Shown: positions 26,701-38,282, counted from the stretch's first letter. The stretch is 64,000 nt of DNA from Owenia fusiformis (GCA_903813345.2 CAIIXF020000001.1:13640001-13704000), one strand, 5' to 3'. A program made the numbers and translations. Notes: generated by a model not told the origin, from the sequence alone.

Positions 26701-29700
26701 TTTTGAGCGGCCATTTTGAAAATCGGTTTTCGAGCAGAACTTCTACCCCCATTGGGTATATGAATACAAAATATGAACAAAATCGGGCCAGCGGTATTTG
26801 AGTTATTGCCCGGACAGACTTCGTTCGATGGGATAATAAGTAAAGAGCAGATAAATTGCATAATAAATGTCAAAGTTCAGGAGATAAACATTTCACCACA
26901 TTTAATGACTGTGTTCATTCAGGTGTTAGGGATTACTGTATATATATCCAGGTCATAATTTCTGTATTTTAAACAACCTCTCCAATACTAAAGCAACCAT
27001 TTAATAAGAATTTAAAAGTAATTTGCACCCAGTCGAATATTCATTCGCACACTCTGGACCAATGATATTGTGAAAATTGAACTTTTTAAGCTTAATGAAA
27101 ACCTATTTACATCCACAAAAAGGGTTAAGAAGTCCTAAAAAATCATATTTTAATCAAATTGGAGGCAGATGTGCGAATATTATTATTATTGAAAAGATCT
27201 TAAAAGACACCGTAACTAACAGATTGTCTTTCGTACAGCAGTCTGCATAGGGTTCTACTGTCTAGTCCACATGGTCTATCGATCTTTAAATAACTTAGTT
27301 ATAAAGTCCATTCATGGATCAAAGAGTATATATCTAAATTAAGCAACCATATGGTTTAGTTTAAAGACCATGTGACCATTTATTACTTTATTTTTAGATA
27401 ATTTGATTTTTATATATTCATAACAATCTTATCCAGACATGTCTGAGTAAGAAATGTGACTTAAATCAGCTGACAGAATCATGAATGAAAACTGTGAGTC
27501 TAAGCCTTGCTTCAATAGTATTCTAATCAATTAACTTAACCGCATTCATTGATAAAATGTGTACAATGTCCATAATTTAAACTAGTTCCCCTGATAAGAT
27601 ATAATTTGGGCAATAATTATAAATTAACCAGTTTTAATAAATAACCAAGTCAAGATGTGTTGGTATGAGGTCTGGGGAAGTTTCCCTGAGACTCCGAACC
27701 GTGCATTACAATTTTATCCTCCGAGTATCTTGAAAGTGACTTAAATGACAGTTGGAGTTGGGATATAAACAAATGTTAGCTATGAATAGGTAGATGACAT
27801 AGTTTTAAGCCAAATGTGCGAAATGCATTTTAAGATCAATGACGTCCGAGGAATGACCATATACAGATGTCATTCGCATTTCAACAAAATTTAATTTGCT
27901 CTGATTTTTGAGATTTATTGTAAACTAAAAAAGCTCTCTTTTAAGAAGCCAAGACGGATGAATGCAAAAAGTAAAGGATAGTTCACTGTTGGTAAATTAT
28001 TTAACGTCCCCAAATAGATTTTTTGACAAAAATAGTACATGTCCATCTACTACTAGACTACTTGACTTAAGATTAGTGATGTAATATTCTATTGAAAGCC
28101 CATGTGTAGACACAAAACTAAAAAAAATCTTGACCCTAAACCTATGAAATCTTAAGGACAGTAAATAAATGAATCCAATATCAAAAAAAAAATTAAATAG
28201 AAAATATATGTCAGTAATCAAACATATGTCCTTATGGTATCTTACGAATGTCACAATCTTGATAATTTTATAAAATACTGAATATGGTCAAGAAACAAAA
28301 TTATGGGAAATAGATGGCTAAAAAGCTGAAACATTTAACATACTAACAGAATATTTAAAACTTTCAGAATTCCTAAATCATTTTGCATTATAACCATTGA
28401 TATAATGACAGCATACTATTAGCGAACAATGGATACTGTAACTGTATTAAGAATGTTTTCTTTACAAAGTAAACTAGACAACAGCAACGCCAAAGCGTTC
28501 GATGGGATAATAAATAAATGACTGGTCTTTATGAGTTACAAAGTAAAACAAGGCATCAATAGGCAAAATGTCACCACCCGCCATTTGTTACAGATGTCGA
28601 CAACCAAACACTTTCCACTAAAAAAGTTGGGAGACTCCTAACAGTATGTCACCACTTGTGGTAGTGACATAAATATTTAAGTTACAAAAATGTAAGAAAG
28701 TCATTGATCATTGAATTTGACATATGATAATTAGGGGTTTCATTAGCAGCAGGCAACAGGCGTTGTTCAATGGGTGTTTTCACAAAATCGCCTGTTGTTT
28801 TTAAGGACTTTTCAACTTTTCCATGATAAATCTATGATTTCCATTGATTTAGCCTGTTGTTTTCATTTAATTAGCCTGTTGTGAGAAATTCTAGTGAAAC
28901 CCCTGAATATGCTGTATATTCTTTATTTGCTGGAAACACTTAGCAATAACATGAGGTCATTTTACATCTAAATGAAGACATAAGTCATAAAATCGAGGTC
29001 TTTGTTGCGATTTTAATATGATAATAAACAGACAAGAAAAACAACTTTTTGCATTTATGAATTTTAGCGGTCATACATACTCGAATATAGACCAGTAAAT
29101 CAATTGTTCTAGCTATTGTGACGTCACGTTATCATATTAGAATTGGAAATAAAAAATAATACAGTAAAATTTTAATGTTTGGAACTACTTTGAATCTAAA
29201 AAAATAAGCAATTAAAGGACCATATTGAAACAGAATATGTAAAAATAGAAACATTTATACTTGTCCTAGCTTTTGTATATTTTAGTTTGTTTTGTAGTTT
29301 AGCTATCATATCTGTGGCGTCTTATATTTTGATGCTTCTCTGCCATGTTATTTTCGAAAAATTAACATGGCTGAAACTCCCTAAATTACAAAAGGCCACA
29401 GCTTTGCTGCACATTATACATAACTATCTGAAATATACAAAAGTTAGGACTTGTACATATGTTTCCATTTTTTCATATACTGTTGCAATATAGTCATTTT
29501 ATTGCTTATTTTTTAAATTCAAAGTAGTTCCAAACATTTAAAATTTTACTGTAGTTTCATATTTATGCACCCCACCAAGGATCAATGATATTTCAATCAA
29601 CATTGTTATATCAAAACACTCATTGATCAAATAAATCATATAATAGTTATTTGTCAAGGATAAAAGAAGTCAATGTTCTTCAGCAGTGTGGAAAATACAA

Positions 29701-30384
29701 TACAAAGACAGGATATGAAAGAGGTCATACTGACCCAACCTCAATTACAAAACTTATTTATCACATGAAATTATCTTTTGAGGAAGTCCGGAACTACAGT
29801 TAAGTACCTGGACCATTAATTGCAAATAAATGTTCTCATGTTTGTAGGCTTTACAAGGCAAATCCATAAATCAACAACAATATTGTAAACAAACGCTGGA
29901 TTTAGCCCAGCAAATGTATATTTATCCAGGGAACACAGGATGAAACAGGATCTCATTAGACGTTTTTAAAAATAATATGCCGCTTCAAAAAATCACAAAT
30001 TCTGACTCAAATTTACAATCAAACATGCTCCATATACTCAGATAATCAAATCTATTCTACCATGTGGAAACCTCAAAATATATATTTTTCAATTTTTAAC
30101 AAAAAATATACATAATAAAAGCTTGTGTCCTAAATTTGATCATAAAAACAAAAATATTACCGTGCAATAAGGTTGACTGCACCATTGTAGGTTCTGGGTG
30201 GGAAGAACTCTAGTGAGAAGAATGGATCGCCCGATTCAGCTCGTTTATGTATTCTGTCAATCAAACTGGTATATTTGTAAGTAGGTAACACTGGTGAACT
30301 TGGTCTGGACATTTGGGACTTGAACATACATCTTTCTTTAGATTTTATTTCTGAATCCTCCAGTCCTAGCAGAGCTTCTGGCAT
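20780..30384 (-). CDS. MTHFR: Methylenetetrahydrofolate reductase (catalytic and SAM-binding regulatory domains), complete
   Basis: Exons: 30161-30384, 25331-25569, 24819-24932, 24315-24508, 23480-24046, 23056-23238, 22781-22882, 21648-21770, 21186-21402, 20780-20829; alternatively read-through to the stop at 21154. Motifs: [83 protein letters not shown]. Confidence 0.97.
25698..26839. mobile_element. Helentron/HINE (pearl/CvA-like) element with ~149-bp tandem repeats in an MTHFR intron
   Basis: Subterminal inverted repeat ATCCCATCGAAC (25731) / GTTCGATGGGAT (26823). About 6 units of ~149 bp with AAAATGGCGGCCATTTT palindromes, and a GGACAGAC microsatellite remnant near the end. Confidence 0.8.
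28732..28905. mobile_element. Short hAT-like MITE
   Basis: TAGGGGTTTCATTAG / CTAGTGAAACCCCTG with internal GCCTGTTG repeats. No TSD recognised. Confidence 0.65.
29162..29551. mobile_element. Tc1/mariner (pogo-like) MITE with ~120-bp TIRs
   Basis: TA|CAGTAAAATTTTAATGTTTGGAACTACTTTGAA ... TTCAAAGTAGTTCCAAACATTTAAAATTTTACTG|TA. Confidence 0.85.
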
Positions 30385-30432
30385 CTTGCCACTGTTGTAT
30401 TCCTATAAAAGAGATATCAACCTCTATATATA

Positions 30433-30606
30433 CAGGCCCGTAGACAGCTTTTACCAAGGGGGGCAGTTTTACCAAGGGGGGTAGCTTTATTGACAAAATC
30501 ATGCGAAAAGTGATCAGAATGGTGAAAAAATACACAAGTTTAAAAGAATTTCTGGCCAAGAGGGGGAAGCAGCCGCTCCCTCAGCTCCCCCCTGGCTACA
30601 GGCCTG
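30433..30606. mobile_element. CAGGCCCGTAG-type MITE (hAT-like)
   Basis: TIR CAGGCCCGTAG / CTACAGGCCTG, 30 bp from the acceptor of the MTHFR ATG exon. Confidence 0.75.
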
Positions 30607-31215
30607 ATATATAAATTTTTCTTCAAAACTTAAGATCTGAAACGATGTGTGTTCAAAAATGTCAATAAATATCCAGATCTCTACAGCTGATTCTGCAAGC
30701 TGTCATCTCTGGGTCTCCTTTTCTGAGGAATGATAATAGGCCAATCCATTGAACATGAGGTCTATGCATGATCAGATACATGGGAAAATATGACTGCATA
30801 ACATTTTCTAATCTCAGAACTGAGACCACTGGTTTGTTAACAAAACAAAAAAATCAATGCATGCAGGAGATACACCCAAATGAATAACGAAATGCACATC
30901 ACTTCAAAATACATAATAATTACAAGAACCCGAGAAATAGCTTATATTCATTCACTTGTATGTGCAATGCTGGAAAATTAGACTGACAATAAGACAAATA
31001 TTAATACACTGCATAAATAAATGAATTTATTATGGAAAATGAAAATCTGTCAAAGAAACATTTGTTTTGATTTTGAACAACTGATCAAGACTTTGTTTAC
31101 AAAATAAAACACTGCAAAAACCTTCACAAAATGCTTGCAAATGTTAGGGAAACACTTTAAATCAATGAAAAATTATGAAATTCTATTATGACGAAATATT
31201 TGCACAAATACCTAC

Positions 31216-31420
31216 CTATTATAAGGATATTTTCGCTCCGGAAATAATGTGAATTTTGTGAGAACAAAGTGTGTGCTCCTCGACTCGTGATTGTTTTGAC
31301 TAAAAGAGGCAGATTAATCAAGTCGCTGGTATTTAAACAGAATTTTGACCAATCACAAACCAGTATTTTACATATTACTTGTCTATAGGTGGCGTATTTT
31401 TACTAGCGCCACCTAGTGTA
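31216..31420 (-). promoter_or_regulatory. Probable 5' UTR exon and promoter of MTHFR
   Basis: Donor AG|GTAGGT at 31216/31215, ETS-like CCGGAAAT at ~31238, CCAAT box at ~31349 and paired CTCF-like motifs at 31383-31418. The ATG exon has an acceptor at 30402. Confidence 0.5.
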
Positions 31421-32073
31421 AAAAACGAAGTGGTAAGTTTGAAAAAAATATTTCTCTTTTATTTCAGATTCTCTTTCCATTTGGGCACGATATGACTAAA
31501 TAATTCATCTACATTAAAGGAAGTAATACATAGTTTGTAAAATGTTGGCTCTAACACTTGACTTTTTATACTTAGCAACTTTTGAAACAGTGGGTGGGCG
31601 ATAATATCACGGGGAGTTACTATTTTTTTCATGGCCTGAGTTCGCTAATTTCTATTACACTCATCTTATTAAGAGTTCATATTGCATAATAACCCTTATT
31701 ATCGGATTCCAGCTGTTAGTAGTATTAATTTGAATAAATTAAAACTGAGTAGTACAGCTGAGTGGACATGTATATGCACCGATAACTAGGCCTATTTTTG
31801 CTTAGCTGCCAACGGAAACACACCTTTATAAGAGACTAGGCTATTTGTACATAGCTGTAAATAGCACATGGATTTTATTTCAGATGATCTGCTTGACTTG
31901 TTGAATTTTTTCAACAGTCATTTGTTTGCTATTTTTTGGAACTTTTATTTACTAGTCTAGCTACATTTGTTTGGACTTATGAACCATTAGTACGGCTCCT
32001 AGTGCTCCAGAAATTATGTACTTGGACAGGTAGGGAAATATTATGATTTTTCAAGATGGAAGTTTGAATACTG

Positions 32074-32320
32074 AAGGTCTAAATGACCATGGTCTATAAT
32101 GACCACAGTCAAGGTCTAGATGACCACATGTTAGGTCTAAATGACCATAATTTAGGTCTAAATGACCACAGTTTAGGTCTAAATGACCACAGTTTAGGTC
32201 TAAATGACCACAGTTTAGGTCTGAATGACCACATGTTATTTCTAGATGACCACATTTTAGGTCTAAATGACCACTGTTTATGTCTGAATGCACACACCAA
32301 AGGTCCAAATGACCAAAGTT
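32074..32320. repeat. 21-bp minisatellite (GGTCTAAATGACCACAGTTTA)n
   Basis: About 11 units, each with a GGTC-n5-GACC palindrome. Lies inside the DIRS 5' region. Confidence 0.9.
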
Positions 32321-32536
32321 CAAGGCCTATAAACCAAAGTTTGACCAAGGTTCAAAATGAGCCGCCATCAGAATAATAGTCATATTAGAGGTCGTATTAC
32401 AGTTTCAGCGAGCATATCCATTTGCATTGCCTCATAGTAGGTTCAAATTAATAGAATCATTTTGTTTTGATTCAAGTTCTAGTAATCTAGTGCTTATAGA
32501 TTCATGTTCTGTTTATCAACGGTCTATATGTTCAAT

Positions 32537-35500
32537 ATGTTTGACTCAGTTTTCGAGGAGAACAAGTCTGAATTGAAGATAACAGACAAGCATGTAAAAT
32601 CTGTCCATAAATATTGGTCAAAAACATTATCCTAGTAGATATCAAAATATGAAGAAAAGGCTAGAGTAAGCTATCTAGAAAGTAAATGAACTAAAAATGT
32701 TCCTAGTCCCAAAGCAGGTAGAAACTTACAATTGCAAAATGGGAAATGGCATATGCAATACTGGTAATGTGTGTCACATGGACTTCCTGAAATAAAGCTC
32801 TTTATCCATGGAAATTGGGTTAACAGCCCTAGATCAAATGACAATACTCGTACAATATTTTGATTATTGTTGCTAAACAAGGATTTCCCATAACCAACTA
32901 CTGTAGTTGAAACAAGCTTCATGCTTCAAATTTTCATTTTGACAAGAGTGAATTGGAGAATTTTCTGTCTTCATACCATTACCAAAACCAAAAAGAGAAT
33001 ACCCCAAGCTGGGCGAAAGAATTGTTTGGTGATGACTCAACAAAAACTTTGAATTTTGTCAAAGACATGAAAACATAGTTTTCTAGATCAAAATCTTTTA
33101 ATAGATTATAAATACAAGTATTTGGCAGTCTTTTGAATAGGCCAATGAAAGCAGAAGCTAGCCGTCAGCTGGCAATAGCTACACAGCTAGAAGTCATGAC
33201 AAACAATGTCATTATACACGACGTCGCTCCAGCACAACTTACGCTGTAGAAAAATCCTTGTCCAATGACAGGTACGTCAATTTTATTTTAAAAACTAAAC
33301 CAAAATGGCTCTAAAAAAGATGAATGTTTTGATATAACATCAGATCTAGAAAAAACTTTCTGGAAGTTCACTAAAACAGAAACTTAGGTAAATTACATAT
33401 ACTTTTTGAAGTTTCAAAGTCACCTACATAGAAATATGAAGTATGGTCAAGGTTACCAGAGATTCTGAGAAATGATAGCAATATAGCTTAAGATTTCTAA
33501 ATGGAAAGCAACTTTAATATTTCTCAAAACTGCGATTTTAAGCAATCGGATGTTTTGTCCATCCTTTAAAACAGGAGATTCAGTTAACTCTTAAACATGC
33601 AACAGAAAAGCAAAGTCAAGCATAGATCAATTTCTGTGTCACATATTGTTACAGGAGAAAAGGATTGTTCCCAGAGACTTGTTCTCTAACTAAACTCTTA
33701 ATTTTAAATCTAAACCTTAACCATTTAGTTGGTATGAATATTTCAAAATGGAAGACAATAAATTGGTAACTCTAAGAAACATGAAATGGCCAAACGATTA
33801 CCGATGGTGAAAGTCCATGCTAAGGATGCTTATATGACCATAAGCACAGGAAATATCTCTGTTGAATGATATAACATCATTTGAGATCATTACTATGGAC
33901 CTTGCTTCCCTCAAACTCGTGAAAATACCATAAGCGCTATTGTGGAATATTTAATTTGGTTTTGAATCTTTTATTGATTCTCTGATGTCATTCACCTCTC
34001 GCCTATCCACTGCTCATGAACATGATTTCAAGTTAGTGAAATATTTGTTTCAAACCGAAGTTTCTGATAAATGGGGAAAAGCCTATTGTTGATTTGTTCC
34101 CATCATAAAATGGAGCTTTGTAGTTTTGTGATCAATACAATTGAGATGAACTTGAAGGCCTTAATAGAAATGATAGTTTCTATCAAAATTCTCGCAAAGA
34201 TTTTGTAGAGATAGAATCAACCCTAGTCAGTAATCTTACTCAAGTTATTGAGATACTTTTGAATTGTACTTTAGTCTGTAATATGTATATTGAACCTCTA
34301 CATTTATTGACACTTGCAAAGATCAAAGCAGTCCTACATGTATGCATTGATTGCCAAAATAACTCACTAAAATGAATATAAAATTTGATAGTGATTGGTC
34401 CAAGAAGACGAAATTCAGAATACTAATAGTGTTATCCGAATCAATAATTACAATAACAACAAAAAGCAGCCTGTTTGGCTAAAGCTCAAGTCTGACGGGA
34501 CAGTAGCTTAGGGGAAATAGATTAAACAAAAATTGTTTCATATGAATGAAAGCCATGGATATGGTACACGTGAAAGTATTCACAAAAACTTAGACAATGT
34601 TATATAAAATTAACAAGAAAACCACCATAACATTATGTGAACAAAATGTGGGGAACGAGATGGCTAGAAATGTTAAAGGCAATGCAAGATCGTTCAGATA
34701 CCTTTGCCACAGATATCATTATTAGCTGTATAATATCTTCCAAGGAATCAGAATTGAATGTCAGATCAAACCTAGAGAAATTTCTCGATGCCTCAAACTA
34801 GAAATAAGATTGGGAGATTTTTCCAAATTTAAGTTTTAAGGTCCAAATAAATAGATTTTGTCGACCAGTAGAAAATTAATATTTCAGGTGGAAACTAAAC
34901 CCAGAAACTCTGGAAGTTGACATATTTATTCAGAATAAACAGTCAATAACTTTCCTCCAATTTCTTAAATCAGCCGATTACTCGTTAAAGTAATATAGAA
35001 AAATGCACAGATAGCTCTCATAGCCCCAATGTGGCAAATGGCTCTGCGGTATCTATGATTGTTGGAAATGTTGGTCTTTATGCCCATCTTATTGCCAAAC
35101 CATATGAAATTATTAATATCTAATCTTACAGCCTTAATAAAAAAGCTAGATAACACTTATGGTGTCCAAATTATCATCCTCAAGTTTGAAACTAGAGGTT
35201 TCTGTGACAAACTGGCAATACATGTATGTTCATTAAATCAAGTAAAGAAAGTACTTAAATTACTTCCAAGGACCCCTGGAAAACATGGGTACGCTGCAAG
35301 TTCTAATAAACATGACATTAATATTTAGCCTCTGATACAAATTTAGCCAATTTCCTAACTGAAATGTCAAATCAAGTATGATGCTATTCGTTTCTCGATA
35401 CTTAAAGTCTGCAAAATCAGCATATAATGGAACCATAGATAGTCATAGGTAAGTCAATACCATATTCTTGTTGATTTTATGGAAACTTTTACAATGGAAA

Positions 35501-36160
35501 CCCACTAAATAAAATAAATGAAACTTGGGATGTGAATAAGGTTGTACTGTATCTCACATTGAACATTCGGGTCAGAATAGAAATCTCAACTGAAAGTACA
35601 CAATTAGTCATGTTAATGTCTATTTCAAGCATGTATCCCAGGGTCTCTGAAATAATATGCCATTGGATGGTTATCAAAGACAGAATGTTCAACACATAAA
35701 ATTGGGGTTCCAAGATTTTTTTCATGAGAATCCATTTAATGATGTTGTACTAGCATTTAGAAAATACCAGAAACATCTGAAACAAACTACTAGTAGTAGA
35801 AGGAAATCATAAGAAGGAAGTTTAAATTATCCTTGTCAAATGTCATGCGATGCCATGCGTGTACATATCCAGTAAAACATCTCATATACATACACATTAG
35901 CAGTTTCGATAACAATACATAAAGATTTCAATTTTATAGAATAATAATAATAGATAGATATTTAATAAATACATTTAAGTACATTTGAAAGACATATTTA
36001 ATCAGGTATGCAGTAACACAGTACCATAAACTTGAACATTTGATATATCTATAAACCAAGTCATGGGAAATGCAAATCTCTGAATGCTTTAAAACAATTT
36101 TACAAACTGATAAACTGATAAAGGAAATTAAAGGTTTTAGATCAGTTGTTCTGAGGTTAT
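32537..36160 (+). pseudogene. Decayed DIRS gag, RT-RNaseH-methyltransferase and tyrosine recombinase
   Basis: Long protein-like frames broken by many stops and frameshifts (e.g. ..TPSWAKELFGDD.. at ~33000), with the ordered motifs listed for the element. Confidence 0.75.
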
Positions 36161-36171
36161 TTACTTTAAAC

Positions 36172-36282
36172 ATGCAATATGAACTCTTAATAAGATGAGT
36201 GTAATAGAAATTTTACAATTTCTTAAGAATCTCGCTAATGAAATTATAATTTTATTAACGAGATCTTATTAAGAGTTCATAT
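36172..36282. repeat. DIRS internal complementary region (ICR)
   Basis: 36172-36212 is the exact reverse complement of 31647-31687. 36211-36282 is the exact reverse complement of 36784-36855. Confidence 0.92.
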
Positions 36283-36853
36283 ATTCCCTCCTCGCCCACC
36301 CAGTCGTTAATTGTCACTAAAACACAGTTTTGTTTTATTTCAGAACATAACCACAGACAACTGAGTTATGAAGGATAGAATTAACATTCAACAATCTTCA
36401 TCAAGTCAAATATAATGTATCTGTATTTTTACACTCTCAAAGTTGTCGTGAAACTTTTTAAAGTTTAAATCTCACAAACAGTGATAGGTTTATATCCTAT
36501 ACTACACAAGGACTTTATTTTAACTTTGCATCCCACAAAGATTTGGGGATAAATTGGACATCTCACAAGCAGTAGATGTATTTGTTTTCTTTGTCAAAGA
36601 ATTCACTGAAGTTTACTCATAGTAAGGTGAGTTTTCAATGGCTTCAGAATTTTAAGTTGGCATCTAAGCAATAGACCTAGTTATCGGTGCATATACATGT
36701 CCACTCAGCTGTACTACTCAGTTTTAATTTATTCAAATTAATACTACTAACAGCTGGAATCCGATAATAAGGGTTATTATGCAATATGAACTCTTAATAA
36801 GATCTCGTTAATAAAATTATAATTTCATTAGCGAGATTCTTAAGAAATTGTAA

Positions 36854-37838
36854 AAATATAAGAGTTAGCTGACGTTTGGGAGTCTGACTTACCTTCTAAA
36901 GGTTAGAACCCGAATCTTAATGAAACCATATCACCTTTGTTGCGTCGATGATGATGCATAAACACAGCATTTGATAGAAATTACAGTTGGGGACATAAAT
37001 AAATGACAGGTGGATTTGCTGAAGTGAGGATTTCCCATGTTAAAAATAAGAGAATTTACAAGAGGCCATACATCAGTGGATGAGATTATACAAAATGTAA
37101 AATATACAAATTTTAAGGGATATATATCTAGACAATATTGGAAATTATGGGCTTTCAGACCACCATAATTAGGAAATGGTGATCGAAAATCGACCTGTCA
37201 TTTATTTTTGTCCCCAACTGTAGTGTAAATGCTTTTCCGACTTTTTCATTTTTCATCAATGTTGACTTCCGGGAAGGCGTTGTAGTTATCACGAAATAAC
37301 GCATTGACCCTTGAACTTTGTTGACGTGTCAACCAAGCATGTCTGGTGTGAAAATTAAAAGAATATTAAGCAATGTTCTACATCCGCCAAGCTAAGTGAA
37401 GTAGCCAATATTTAAAATTACCAATTTCAAGTGAAGTACGCAACGAACGAAACTGCGTGATCTGCACTCCCACTATTGGTCTGAACGAAATGCTACGTAG
37501 AAATATGAGCCGTCTGCTGTATTAGTCGATTAATAGAGTAAGACCTGTTGGTGATGCTTTATAATTTAGACCAAAACATTGGAGAACAAACGAACCTGTA
37601 AATCGTGAAAACAACGAACAAATATTCGGTTTTCACATATGTTCGGTAATTTTTCGTATTGAAACTTCTGGAACTTACAAGGAAATCATTCATTTTCATG
37701 GTCAATGATTTACCTCTTGGATGTTGTGGCAAATGCTCCATGGTTGACGGAACAAATGTGATATGGTTTCATTAAGATTCGGGTTCTAACCGTTAGAAGG
37801 TAAGTCAGACTCCCAAACGTCAGCTAACTCTTATATTT
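36854..37838. mobile_element. Non-autonomous element with 81-bp TIRs
   Basis: 36854-36934 and 37758-37838 are reverse complements with one mismatch. No ORF. Confidence 0.85.
36984..37219. mobile_element. Tc1/mariner-type MITE nested in the 81-bp-TIR element
   Basis: TA|CAGTTGGGGACATAAATAAATGACAGGT ... ACCTGTCATTTATTTTTGTCCCCAACTG|TA. Confidence 0.85.
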
Positions 37839-37879
37839 AGCATGTTAGCGACGAACTCAGGCCATGAAAAAAAATAGTA

Positions 37880-37958
37880 GTCACCCGACCCCCCCTCTCT
37901 ATATAACAATATAATAAATATAGCTTTATTATATTGTTATATAGAGAGGGGGGGTGAC
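37880..37958. mobile_element. 79-bp palindromic mini-element flanked by TA
   Basis: GTCACC..CCCCCTCTCTATATAACAATATAATAAA / TTTATTATATTGTTATATAGAGAGGGGG..GGTGAC. It interrupts AATAGTAACTCCCC, which is intact in the partner arm at ~31612-31625. Confidence 0.8.
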
Positions 37959-38089
37959 TAACTCCCCGTGGATAATATGCTCTGACAAGGACAGTGACAG
38001 TGAGTGACATACACAGACTCGACAGAGACACACATGCTATCTATTGCAAGACTTATGCCTGGCACAACCATCTCCATGTTATTGGACCG

Positions 38090-38282
38090 CAGGTCCGTAG
38101 CCTGGGGGGTTCGGGCGAACCCCCCCCCCCCCCCCTAGCCAAAATTTCTATCAAAATCATGCAGTTTTACACCATTCTGACTATTTTTTGAGTGATTTTT
38201 GGCAAAATTTGCCAAAGTGAACCCCCCCTAGAATGTTTTGGAAAAGTGAACCCCCCCTTGGAAAATTGTGGCTACGGGCTTG
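38090..38282. mobile_element. CAGGCCCGTAG-type MITE with poly-C
   Basis: Colinear with 60113-60312; ends GCTACGGGCTTG. Confidence 0.8.

Larger units (their letters stand above)
31647..36855 (+). mobile_element. DIRS1-type tyrosine-recombinase retrotransposon; coding regions decayed, termini intact
   Basis: Perfect 128-bp inverted repeats at 31663-31790 and 36676-36803. The ICR at 36172-36282 is complementary to both outer ends. Relic motifs appear in DIRS order: RT FKMED (33742) and KDAY (33822), RNaseH HYVNKMWGTR (34631), MT ALIAPMW..LLEML..P (35014), YR ETWDVNKV (35520), RVSEI (35640), KQFYK (36092). Confidence 0.88.

Noticed and set aside
25790-26960. ORFs and array-like repeats in the MTHFR intron
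   Set aside because: Internal tandem repeats of a non-autonomous element; not coding and not CRISPR.
32051-32376. Three overlapping repetitive ORFs (CGHLDLN / LGLNDH / WSFRPKL)
   Set aside because: Artefacts of a stop-free 21-bp tandem repeat.
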